From NCBI GenBank assembly GCA_951406725.2, contig OX597819.1:115072001-115136000 (forward strand): DNA of 64,000 bases. The letters run 5' to 3'. Positions 1 through 11,234 of the stretch are shown here, piece after piece. Under the pieces are notes generated by a model that saw only the letters and a program-made list of their open reading frames with translations, was not told the origin of the DNA and did not search any database. How positions within the stretch are numbered: the first letter of the stretch is position 1; each line of letters opens with the position of its first letter. A program made the translations under genes and the position numbers. This stretch comes from Octopus vulgaris (lineage: Eukaryota).

Positions 1-270
1 CACCTTAAGCAAGTGTCTTCTACTATAGCCTCGGGCTGACCAAAGCCTTGTGAGTGGATTTGGTAGACGGAAACTGAAAGAAGCCCATCGTATATATATA
101 TATGTTTCGGTCCCCCCAACATCGCTTGACAACCGTTCCCATCACTTAGCGGTTTGGCATGAGCGACCGATAGAATAAGTACTAGGCTTACAAAGAATAA
201 GTCCTGGGGTCGATTTGCTCGACTAAAGACGGTGCTCCAGCATGGCCACAGTCAAATGACAGAAAAGAAT
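1..270 (+). mobile_element. SINE family A, cut by the window edge
   Basis: CCTTGTGAGTGGATTTGGTAGACGGAAACTG core and CCAGCATGGCCACAGTCAAATGAC tail. Confidence 0.9.
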
Positions 271-479
271 AAATGCAAAGTAATATGTGGTATTAAGTAC
301 ATCAGTAACCAAGCAGGCTTTTTTTCTATAAACATCACAGTAAGTGTTCTTTCCTTAATAAATTTATTAAAAAAATAAGGAACAATTTTGAGAAAATATA
401 TCACAAATTTTAGTGTTATATCTTTGCACATTTCATCTATATTTAAATGGAAGGCACTTTCACAAATTTGGTGATTTTA

Positions 480-2093
480 TTATTTTCTTGTATGAATTTG
501 TTTATGACGTATTAAATTTCTATTCCTAGAAAATGCTTCACCGCAAATTTCACACTGGTACGGTTTTTCGCCAGTGTGAATGCGTATATGGTATGATAAG
601 TGACTACTACTAGAAAAAGCTTTGTCACAAATTTCACATTGGTATGGCTTTTCTCCTGTGTGAATACGTGTATGCTCCGCTAAGTGATCCTTTCTATAAA
701 ACGTTTTGTCACAAATTTCACATTGGTATGGTTTTTCTCCTGTGTGAATACGCGTATGTTCCGATAAGTGACATTTTCTATGAAATGCTTTTTCACAAAA
801 CTCACACTGATATGGCTTTTCACCAGTATGAGTGCGTTTATGACGAGACAGATTTGACTTTCGAGAAAATGACTTCTCACATATTTCACAATGGTATGGC
901 TTCTCCCCTGTGTGACTCCATTTATGATCTGTTAATTTACTGTTACAGGAAAATTTTTTCCCACATATTTCACAATGGTAAAGATTTTCTCCTGTATGAA
1001 GACGTCTGTGGGCCGCCAAGTTACTGCTGTGAGAAAATACTTTTTCACATATTTCACAACGGTAAACTTTCTCACTGCGATTAAGCCCCTGATCTTTCAA
1101 CTGAACCTTTTGTAAAAACTCTTTTCCACAAATTTCACTATCACCTTGCCTTTCTACTGTATGAACAACTTTATGGAAAGTTAATCTACTCTTCAAAGAA
1201 AATGTTTTTCCACAAATTTCGCATGAATATGGCTCACTCCCTGTGTGAATAATTTTATGAAGTGATAATTGGCTCTGCAGAGAAAAGGTTTTCCCACAAA
1301 ATCCACAGTGGTACGGTGTTCTTCCACTGTGCCTATGCTTATGACTAGATAACTGTGTACTACTTGAAAATGCTTTTCCACAAATGTCACAATCGTATGG
1401 TTTTTCTCCTGTATGTATACGTTTATGATCTTTTAAATAACTTCCACACGAAAATGCCTTTCCACAAATTTTGCATTGGTATGGTTTTTCCCCAGTGTGA
1501 GTTCGTTTATGATAAGCTAAATGATTATTAAAAACAAATGTTTTTCCACAAATTCCACAGTGGTAGGGTTTTTCCCCTGTGTGAATACGTTTGTGATATG
1601 TTAATTTGTTATTACAAGAAAAAGCTTTACCACAAATTTCACAATTATAAGGTTTTTCCCCAGTGTGAATACGCACATGAATAGCTAATTTACTAACAAA
1701 AGAAAATCCTTTTCCACAGATTTGGCAGTGGTGTGGTAGTTCTCCCGTGTGAATGCGTTTGTGATATGATAACGCACTGTTACAAGAAAATGCCTTTCCG
1801 CAGATATCACAGTTGTGTGGTTTTTCCCCTGTGTGAATGCGTATATGACGTGACAAATTACTACTAAAAGAGAATGTTTTCCCACAGATTTCACAGCCAT
1901 AGGGTTTTTCTCCTGTATGAATACGTGTGTGATCGGTTAATGTACACTTTCGATAAAAGACTTTCCCACAGTATTCACAATGGTACACTTTTTTACCTTT
2001 CTGAGCGCACTTATGAGCATCAAAGTTACTCTTTATAGCAAACAGCTCCCCACAAACATCACATCTATATGGTTTCTCTTCCGGTTCAAACAT
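480..2093 (-). CDS. C2H2 zinc-finger protein, gene 1 (537 aa, about 19 fingers, no effector domain)
   Basis: Tandem CxxC-x12-HxxxH repeats with TGEKPY linkers. Splice acceptor TTTCAG at 2374-2369. Minus-strand AATAAA at 363-368. Confidence 0.95.
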   Translation of the reverse strand: MFEPEEKPYRCDVCGELFAIKSNFDAHKCAQKGKKVYHCEYCGKVFYRKCTLTDHTRIHTGEKPYGCEICGKTFSFSSNLSRHIRIHTGEKPHNCDICGKAFSCNSALSYHKRIHTGELPHHCQICGKGFSFVSKLAIHVRIHTGEKPYNCEICGKAFSCNNKLTYHKRIHTGEKPYHCGICGKTFVFNNHLAYHKRTHTGEKPYQCKICGKAFSCGSYLKDHKRIHTGEKPYDCDICGKAFSSSTQLSSHKHRHSGRTPYHCGFCGKTFSLQSQLSLHKIIHTGSEPYSCEICGKTFSLKSRLTFHKVVHTVERQGDSEICGKEFLQKVQLKDQGLNRSEKVYRCEICEKVFSHSSNLAAHRRLHTGENLYHCEICGKKFSCNSKLTDHKWSHTGEKPYHCEICEKSFSRKSNLSRHKRTHTGEKPYQCEFCEKAFHRKCHLSEHTRIHTGEKPYQCEICDKTFYRKDHLAEHTRIHTGEKPYQCEICDKAFSSSSHLSYHIRIHTGEKPYQCEICGEAFSRNRNLIRHKQIHTRK

Positions 2094-2682
2094 TGTCAGA
2101 TTAATAGAACTTTATAACAATGATGTCTCTATTCAGGTGATGTAGAACATTCAAAAAAATGTTTCACTGGTCAACTGTTCATTTCCATTAACGTAACATA
2201 AACTTCACGCTAATATCAGATATATTATAACTGTCCACAGTAGATATGTTTGTCTTACATTGCACTATCCTCAGACAACTTTAATAAACACCACACACTG
2301 GTTATTTCAGCAAACACAACTGAATGATGGCATTATCAGGTAGAGTTCCACAGTCTGACACAAATGTTCTGAAATTAAAGAAAACCATTATTAGCATGTA
2401 ACTTCATATGATGCAACATTGAAAGTGGCATTATATTTATGTATCTGTGAGGTATGATGATGTATTAGATTTGCAATGCTCACTTAAAAAGTAGATTTCA
2501 CTTAGGAAGAAATTTTAAAATACTGACTTGGCAGTTAAAAGACTATAAAAGAACAATGCCAGTTCTATTAACGAATTAGTGAAACAGAAGTTTAGGATAG
2601 ATATATCTGTTTTAGATATTCAATTTAAATATAATTTATTATGCCTTACTTTTAAATATAGTGGCATAAAAAAGACACATTA

Positions 2683-3908
2683 CAGGGTGTTCAAGCTAAA
2701 TTTGGCAATTTTTTGTGTTTCCTTTTTTCAAGAACAGCTTGAAACTAAAGTTGTGGTTGAGAAAAAAGTTAGCTGACATGAAAGGTTGGGAGCTATCTGA
2801 ATATCGGAAAAGGGATACTCGTATCCTGATGATTCACACTGTCAACATGATGACTGATGCTCAATGCTCTGTGAGCACTGTAAAGACTGCAGATATGACA
2901 CGAACAACTGCAATGGAGACTACAAAGCCATGGCCAGCAGAATAGGACACAGCAGGCGTTCTGACTGTGTCAAAATATTGGAATTCATACAACAGCAGGA
3001 GGACAAGGTGATGGAAGATCTGAACAAGGGAATCCAGGCTTTAGTGAGAGAGATGGGTGTTGGAATTGTCACCATGAAGTTGGTACTGAATAAGGATCTT
3101 TGCTGCCACACATATAAGGGGTGCAAGGGGCAAATTCTGATAACCAATGCCAAGAAACTCTTGAATAAGCTGTGGAATCCTGCTGAGCTGGGGATGATCT
3201 GGTTCTTCTCAGATAAAAAAAACTTCAACCAGGACCAGTTGCAAAACATCCAGAACAACAGGTACCTTGCTTACAATTCAAGTGATGTCACACATATGAA
3301 AGCCAAGTTTCCCCAAAACTGTGATGGTTTTTGGGTGTGTCTCCAGTGAGGGTGACATCATACTACCCCACATCTTTGAACAGGGCCTTAGGCTTAATTC
3401 AGACAGCTATATGAAGTTGATGGAGACTGTGATCAAAATCTGGCTGCAGAAGGCCATATGTGTGGCAATAGGATTTGGCTCCACGGCATGCTTTCAGAAA
3501 GAGTCTGAAGTGGTTGAGAGAGAATTTCTATAATTTCACCAGCCCCAATTCCTGACCTCCTAATTCCCCTGATTATAATCCTAGGGATTACTATCTATGG
3601 AGCATGGTTCATAAAAACACTAACTGCTCTGCCTGAAACACCAAGGCTGAGCTGGTAGCTAAAAATCAAGGTATACTAAAAATCAAGGTAATCAAAGATT
3701 ATCTCAGAGACAGAGGAATGCATGCACTAGGTTCCAGAGCCATCATGAGGCAGTGGTGGAAGCTGAGGATGGCTACTTTGAGTAAAATGTTATCCCCCAG
3801 TCATGATCGAGTTGATATTTTTTTATATTTCTTAAATACTTTTATTTTTGGATAGGATATAGTGTTTTCTTTACATTTTATGCGAACAAATTTAGCCAAA
3901 ACACCCTG
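2683..3908 (+). mobile_element. Decayed Tc1/mariner-superfamily transposon (maT/DD37D-like)
   Basis: TA-flanked TIRs CAGGGTGTTcaaGCTAAATTTG / CAAATTTAGCcaaAACACCCTG. Broken ORF with motifs IWFFSDKKNF, VMVFGCVSSEG, WQ*DLAP.H and PNSPDYNP.DY. Confidence 0.85.
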
Positions 3909-3941
3909 TACATAATGTATATATATGCATGCATGTGTGTC

Positions 3942-5240
3942 AGTTAGTGATTCTGCAAAGGAGGCTAGGAAGTGCTACTATGAAAGGCTGCTGAATGTAG
4001 AGAATGCAAGGGAGAAGGAGAGCCTTCCTAATGTGGACCCAACAGAGGGGCTGGCTATTCAAATCGACAGTAGCTTAGTAGATAAAGCAATTAAGCATAT
4101 GAAGACAGGGAAAGCATCCAGCACATCAGGAATCAACACTGGGATGCTTGAAATATCTGGCAAGCGGCATATAACCTGGTCACCCGTATAGTTAATCAGG
4201 TTGTCCACAAGGGAGTCATACCCAATGACTGGTGTAGCAGCATTATAGTCAACTGCTACAAAAGCAAAAATAATGCCCTAGACAAAAAAATAATTACAGA
4301 GGCATTAAATTGTTGCACCAGGTAATGGAAAATGGAGAAAGGGTCATAGCTCAATTAATTATAGAGTTAGCATAGATGAGATGCAGTTTGGATTTGCGCC
4401 AGGGAGAAGCACCACTGATGCTATCTTTGTGCTGAGACAACTGCAAGAGAAGTACTTGGCCAAAAATAAACCTCTGTATCTGGCTTTTGTTGACATGGAG
4501 AAAATCTTTGACAGGATCCCTTTCTCCCTTATCTGGTGGGCAATATGGAAGCTAGGGATAGATGAATGGTTAGTGAGAGAAGACAAAACCATGTACAAGG
4601 ATGCTGTTAGTAAGGTGAGAGTCACCAATAAGTATAGCAAGTGTACAAGTAGGAGTCCACTTGAGTTCGGTTCTTAGCCCCCTCTTATTTATGATGGTCC
4701 TCCAAGCTATAATTGAGGAATTTAAGACCTCCTGCTCTTGGGAGCTCCTCTATGCTGATGACCTTGCTCCTATTGCTGAATCACTACCACAATTAGAGAA
4801 GAAATTTCACATATGGAAACACGGACTAGAGTTAATTTAGCAAAAACCAAAATATTGATAAGTAGATCCCTTCAGAGAAATGGCTCTGCTCAATATGTAA
4901 AAAAGGTGTCTGGAGACACTCCATAAGGTGTATCCAGTGCAAGCCATGGATAGATAAGAGGTGCAGCAGTAACAGTGGAAGACTAACAGAGAAAGTAGTC
5001 TTTATATGTGGTAGATGTACAGGTATGGTAAATATCAGGAATGTACAAGAAATAGACTCCCCCAAATATTAGGGGAGATCCTTAGAAGTAGTAGACAGTG
5101 TCGGTTACTAAGGTGATCAAGTTAGTAGTGGGAGAGGTTGTTCAGAAAGCATAGCTGCTAGAATAAGAATAGGCTGGGCGAAATTCAGAGAATTACTCCC
5201 TCGTAGTAACAAAGAGCCTCTCTTTCAGAGTGAAAGGCAA
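3942..5240 (+). mobile_element. RTE-clade LINE ORF2 fragment (reverse transcriptase), frameshifted
   Basis: QFGFAPGRSTTDAIF..RQLQEKY...LAFVD and LLYADDL motifs. Its 3' part is homologous to 34944-35270. Confidence 0.9.
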
Positions 5241-5831
5241 GTGAATTGACCCCAGTACATACTGTTTTTAAAGCCTGGTATTTATTTTATTGGAATCTTT
5301 TGCTGAACTGCCAAGTTGTGGGGGTGTAAACAAGCCAACACCAGTTGCCAAGCAGTGGTGGGGGAATGAAAACAAAGACACATACACATATATATGACAA
5401 GCTTTTTTTCAATTTCTGTGTACCAAATCCACTCAAAAGGATTTGGTCAGCCCAGGGTTACAGTAGCCTTCTCCACAGTGGGCAGAACCTAGAGCCATCT
5501 GGTTACAAAACAAAATTCTTACCACAAATCCACTTATATACACACACATGAAGCTGGTGCCATGTCAAAAGCAACTACACTCAGTACATTCTGTAAGGTG
5601 GTTCATGTTAGGAAGGGCATCCAGCTGTAGAAACTGCACCAAACCAGACAGTAGAGCTTGGCACTGTCTTCTGGCCTACCAGCACCTGTCAGTCCATGTG
5701 AGCACAAAAAACTGACATTAAATGAGGATAATGATATGTGTGTGCCTGTGTGTATATCACTAATCACCTTCCCATTCATGCCTTCAGTTTTCTCTCACTC
5801 CTTTGCCACACTTCATCATAACACCTATCAT

Positions 5832-6250
5832 CTCAAGCATTTGTCTTATGAAGAAAGGCTGAAGACGCTCAACCTTTATTCTCTAGAAAAACAATGACGC
5901 CGTGATGATCTCATTCTTGCTCACAACATCATAAGCGGAAAGTGTAACCTCTTGAAAGAGCTGTTCTTCACTCCTGCTCCAGAGCGTCGGCTGCGGGGTA
6001 ACTCCGAAAAGCTCTATCTGCGACGATTTCATCTCAATCGAAGGAGAGGGGCTTTCTCCGTCCGGGTTGCAGATCCGTGGAATAAGCTACCAGACGAGAT
6101 GGTGAAGATGCCGACGACCGCTCGGTTCAAAGTCTCTCTTGACCAGAAATGGCCTGAACTCTTTGCATGAACACCCTCCCTGTACATAACTCCATGTCCC
6201 CCTACATGGCCTTGCTTTTTGCTTTTTGAGCCAAAAAATTAACTTAACAT
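5832..6250 (+). mobile_element. CR1-type LINE 3' end
   Basis: LKHLSYEERLKTLNLYSLEK, FSVRVADPWNKLP and FKVSLD, typical of a CR1-group ORF2 C-terminus. Confidence 0.8.
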
Positions 6251-7331
6251 ATCTGCCATCATTCTCAGCACCCTCTCATGTGCCATCACGCCCCACTCAC
6301 AATAGCCACCATCTCCTTCATCTTGTATATCATTCCCCAATATTCTGACCGACTCCTATCTTTCTCATCTTAACCCCTCTCTATACTGGTTTTTCCCAAT
6401 CAAATACACACCCACGGATACACTTCTGTTTACTCACTCACTCTACCCCATTTCTAACCATCTATCAGTGTCTCCTCACTTACCAAACTACCCGAGCCTT
6501 CTTCCTGATCTACTGTCCATGTCCTCTCTTATGTTTACCTTCTAGTATCGTGAGAGTTTGTTCTGACACCCCATCACAACCATCTTATCTTCTACCCAGC
6601 TATTTTCATCTACCCTTATATAATGCAAAGTAGCTAAGTATTTTCTCTGTTGCAAGACAATTTGCGCTTGTTTATCAAACTTCAGCCTTTCAACACCTGA
6701 CAAAGCCATCTCCCCAACTCAAATACTTCCCTTCCATTAAGTGGAAGGGACATATTTTTTTTCATTTTCCTCTTATTAGCGACCTCACTATGCCAGTGGC
6801 ACACACACTAAAAAAAAACGCACCTCGTACACCCTGCAAAGTGGCTGGCATCCAACCATAGCTGACACTGGGGCTCAATGTACCCTGCAGTTCGCAGGGT
6901 CCTATCAAACCGTGCAACCTATGAAAAACATATGTTAAACTATTACACACGTGTTTTATCATGCAAAAGCTTAGGTGCATCACTATCTTAAAAGTTTGAG
7001 CGAAACACTGGCAGCTTCACCTACTAGAAACAACAGCCAAAATTTCAACAAATTACTCTTTACAATCTCATAAAAAAGAATATCATTCGACAATGTCGAC
7101 CTACAACAGAAGACAGGGTGGGCACGGATGGAACATATTTGATCATAAGTTTGCTGGATCAATTTGATCTGTGGGTCGACAGGGATGACACAACAACTAG
7201 CTCAACAGTAAATATTATCTTTCATTTTCTCCATTCAATACACAAGGATGACCGAAATAATTGTTAACAGATGAAAACTACCAACATTAACTTGCAATAT
7301 AAACTTCCATGTCAAACGAAAGCTATCTTAC

Positions 7332-7491
7332 CTCTTCATATTGTTTACTTTCTCTTCAATCCCGCGAATGCAGTCTTCCTTTGTACATGCCCTCTCTAAA
7401 TATACAAAAGGCATAGTAATCGCTATAGACTCATTTAAATCAACAAATACAACAAAGAAACAGCGAAATATGGCTGACCGGATGTAGAGAC
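7332..7491 (-). promoter_or_regulatory. Putative promoter and first exon of ZNF gene 1
   Basis: Donor GAAGAG|GTAAGA at 7331. ETS-like ACCGGATGT at 7477-7485 lies in a block (ATGGCTGAnCGGAnGT..AGAC) shared with 52071-52092. Confidence 0.6.
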
Positions 7492-7819
7492 AAAACTAAT
7501 CCTAAGTTGAGAAACATTGTCAAACATGTTTCATATATTAATATCCTCTCTACTATTGCTTTCTGCTAATGCCAACAATAATTATATAGCGTTAATTCAG
7601 ATTTTCACATTCTGCTAATTTAGGAGCATTTTCGATAATATTTTCTTTTATTTCGTTTCAGTATATCTAAGATACCAAGCTGTGTTTTTTAGTTAACTAT
7701 TTACTCGTCTCGCTTGAATAGATTAACTTATTTCGAATATTAATTAATGATTAACAAAACTTTTTTGGAGAAGGAATTTATAATACGGAATATTTTAATA
7801 AATAAACCGAGTGAAAGTG

Positions 7820-10160
7820 ATTACGGTTATTACTTTAAATTGGGCCACAAAAGAAAAAAAAGTGTAATAGGTATAGAACAGCGTGTATTAAAGTAATAGG
7901 AAAACAAAAATTTGCGCCAACGAACGGAGGTGTGGGTAGAGGACTTTCGGGAAATTCACACGATCCGACTTTTTCTCTCATAATTTTTAGAAAAATGGAT
8001 ATCTTTCGATGAAATTTTACATAAATACCTTTAAAATCGCATAGATTACGATTATAAAGAAATTTGTGGGGAAAAATCTTTCCGAGTGGGTGGGAAGGAC
8101 TTTCAAAGAGAAAGAAATTATATTTTAGTTTGAGTGTTATAATAATAATAAAACATTGTGTACAGTGCTCAGGTGCACAACAACTCATCTAAAGTGTATG
8201 TATAGTACATAGGGTAATGCACAAGCGTCAGGAAAAGAACAGTGCATGGGGAAAAGTTTTGAAAAACATTTTAAGATTAATCATTTTTGACTTGAGCAGT
8301 AGCTAAACGTTTTAAAAAAGATCCCATGAATTAAGGTGAGAGAAACAAATTCATAAATACAGTGTTGAATATGGTTTTACTATGGGAAGAAAGTTAAGGG
8401 CGATTTAGCTGTAGTTTTTAGTACATCTCACGACCTTTTGATACCTTCCGTGTGTTTAATATTTTCTCCAAATAAAACATATTTGAGTAATGGAAACAAG
8501 ATGTGGCAAAACTGCAGATGAGTACCCCACGACTTTGTTGCCTCATAACTTCCAACAAAAAAAAAAAAAAACATTTACACCCTTGAGTTAGTTTGAGTGC
8601 GCTCAAATTGCGATGAATAGCCAATAGCTAGCTAGTCGTAAGTAGTCGATCCTACAACAACTACCTAGCAAAGTAAATAAAACACAAAATAAATAATTTT
8701 TTTTTCACAAAGTAAATAATTTTTTTTAAACAAAGTAAATAAAACAGTAAATCATTTTTTTTTAAACAAAGTAAATAAAACAAAAACACAAAGTAAGGAT
8801 CGACTAGTCATGACTAGCTAGCGCGGAGCACCGGGGTCACACGTGTTCATTTTCGAAGACTTACTCCTAAAGCATGGCGCGTTGCGACTCTTGCGAAGTC
8901 GCTTTAAATGGCGGTATTTGGAGTTTCTACAAGAATGACGAAGCATCTATTGCGTTTTTAACTGAACACGGCGTCCTGCCACTTACTCGGAATTGTCCGA
9001 CCTGCAATACCCCATGTACTTTGCGCAAAGGGACAAACATGTGGCGCTGTCGTAAGATGGTGCGACGACGTCGGCAGGCTAAAAGAGAATGCGGATACTC
9101 CATATCTACATTTAAGAACACTTTTCTGGAACAGCTCCGTCTACCGCCTTCGCAGTTTTTGGCTTTTGTGAACCACTTCCTCCAACCATCCTGGTCAATC
9201 AATTCGGTAATGGAAAACCTTGAACTCACCCGTAAAACCTCCAGAGATTGGTTATCTCTGTGTGCAGAGGTCTGCCAGTATTGGGCAGAAAACCAACAAA
9301 ATGTGATAGGAGGACCGGGACTTGAAGTTGAGGTTGACGAAACGGTTCTGGTCCGTCGGAAATACCAACGCGGCAGGATTGTGAAAACGGTTTGGCTTTT
9401 TGGCGGACTGGAACGGTTGACCAAAAAAGCATTTGTGGTTCCACTGTCAACTGAATGTGACGAGGGCGACAAACGGGATGTTAAGACTCTCATTCAACTC
9501 ATAACCCGCTACATCAGACAGGGATCAATAATCTATAGCGACTGTCGGCGTACCTACAGTAACCTAGACAACCTGGGCTATACGCACTATCAGATTAACC
9601 ACAGTGATCCCCTTAACACATCAAATGACACGCACAATATTGAGCAGTTATGGAAAAGCCTCAAGAAGTGCATTATTCGACCCGGAATGAGGCTTGCCAA
9701 TCTGAAGCAGTACGCCGCTCGGATGCTTTTCCTGAGAGCCGTCTCACCGCCAACCCACTCACTTCATAATTTTCTTTTGGAGGCTGCAAGATTATACAAA
9801 GTTTCTGATGACCCGGAAGACTGTATACCTGTTCCTGATGTCGGTCACCAATAACTCCTTAACGGCGCATTTTTTTTTATACTGTAAAACATTCCAACGG
9901 TGGAGATATGCTAAAAACAACAGCTAAATTACCCTTAGTGAAACCATATCCAACACCGTATTTATGAATTTGTTTCTCTCACCATGATACATGGGATCTT
10001 ATTTTAAAAACTTTTTTCTATTACTCAAAATAAATGAATCAAAATTTTTTCCAAACTTTTTTTCCATTACACTCAAGTAAAAAAAAATAATGAATTTTTT
10101 TTCTCCTCGAAAGTCCTCTCTCCACCCGCTCGGAAAAAAATTTTCCCTACATATTTCTTT
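7820..10160 (+). mobile_element. Merlin (IS1595-like) DNA transposon with long decayed inverted repeats
   Basis: About 8057-8430 is the diverged reverse complement of about 9893-10160. The left arm is interrupted by a retroposon tail (about 8139-8248) and the right arm is truncated. Both arms match the foldback at 38358-39262. Confidence 0.8.
8874..9854 (+). CDS. Merlin/ISXO2-like (IS1595-family) DDE transposase, intact 326-aa ORF
   Basis: N-terminal Zn-ribbon CPTC..WRC. Motifs VEVDET..RRKYQRGR..WLFGGLER, IYSDC and NHS..HNIEQLWKSLK give an intact D-D-E. Start context aagcATGG. Confidence 0.9.
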   Translation: MARCDSCEVALNGGIWSFYKNDEASIAFLTEHGVLPLTRNCPTCNTPCTLRKGTNMWRCRKMVRRRRQAKRECGYSISTFKNTFLEQLRLPPSQFLAFVNHFLQPSWSINSVMENLELTRKTSRDWLSLCAEVCQYWAENQQNVIGGPGLEVEVDETVLVRRKYQRGRIVKTVWLFGGLERLTKKAFVVPLSTECDEGDKRDVKTLIQLITRYIRQGSIIYSDCRRTYSNLDNLGYTHYQINHSDPLNTSNDTHNIEQLWKSLKKCIIRPGMRLANLKQYAARMLFLRAVSPPTHSLHNFLLEAARLYKVSDDPEDCIPVPDVGHQ

Positions 10161-10387
10161 AGGGTTTAATTTTATTTAATTTTTGATTATTTTTACGCTT
10201 TTTTAACTCTTCTTCGTTATTCTCATTCACTCGTTATTGCTTTCTCTCTCTCTCTGTCCGTGCTTGTTCTTGAATGTGTGCCTGTGTGTTGTTTTTATGT
10301 GTTGTGGAACATAGATATAACGAAATTATGCCAGCAAAAAGCCTTGCATATTTGTTCTTGCCTGCTTTGTGTGTATGTAGAATCTAC

Positions 10388-10707
10388 GGATCTTTTCCTT
10401 TTGAACGGCACTGATTTGGCCAATCCAGTCAATTCTATTGTTGATGATATTGGTATGTTGTTACTCCATGAATATATTATATGTAATTTTATTTTACTCT
10501 TTTCTAGGTAGGATTTCTTCCTAATAGATACTTTTCACCTTTGTGTGTTGGGCACCGAAATATTTTTTCTTCTTTGTGTTTTATAAGAGTCATTTCTCTC
10601 TGGCATTGCACACAATGCGGAGAAACGTCATTCAAAGTTTTCTTTTCCTTCAGGAAGGAATATACGGTATCGAAGTCTTTGACGATACTTTCTATATCAT
10701 ACAACAT
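10388..10707 (-). pseudogene. Internally deleted Merlin element: transposase N-terminus fused to a GGATCTTTTC-type TIR
   Basis: MLYDIES..FLKEKK..CVQC..FRCPTH, then a frameshift. GGATCTTTTCCTTTTGAACGGCA at 10388-10410 matches the MITE TIR at 12700 and 24059. Confidence 0.7.
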
Positions 10708-10929
10708 ATTTAATAATATATTTTAAACTTAAATAATTTTTTTTTTAACAGACGTAATTAATTTCTTCAATATCTCACAGTTCAACTGGAATTGTAAAGT
10801 GAAAATAAAATCTACAAGACCACGTGGTAAGAATTCAATTAGCTTTGAATGCTCTGATTGGTTAGATTTTAGAACTCTCTCCTTCTCCAGCTTCATGCCA
10901 TCGTTTTAAGAAAAAAAAGGAAAACAAAA

Positions 10930-11234
10930 GTTTTCCGCTTCCAAACTAATTTTTGTTGTGGGGGGGGGGGGAGAAAGATAAACTATTTAAAATAAATATA
11001 TCTTAATTGTAGTGTGAGAAAGTATATATATTCTGATGATAAAATATATTATCTTTCAAAAACATTCCAGTTTTATAGACTATATCGTGTATGTTTAAGA
11101 AATGGTTCATTATATATAGTAGAGAATGAGACATCGTTCATCTGTCTCCCCACCACACCTCCACCTACACAAAAATTAGTTTGAGAAAGAGAGGGGGGGC
11201 AGAGAGAGATCAGAAACAAAAATTAGAACGTGAC
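10930..11234. mobile_element. MITE-like element (second copy at about 16914-17273)
   Basis: Near-identical to about 17010-17273. The 17-kb copy shows inverted ends (TTCTAATTTTTGCTTCTGATCTCTCT). Confidence 0.7.

Noticed and set aside
644-1900. Antisense and alternative-frame ORFs overlapping ZNF genes (also 20200-20982, 31997-33379, 47929-48861, 57365-58597)
   Set aside because: Shadow ORFs generated by the repetitive finger codons.
8927-9493. 188-aa antisense ORF within the transposase
   Set aside because: No recognisable motifs; expected in GC-richer coding DNA.
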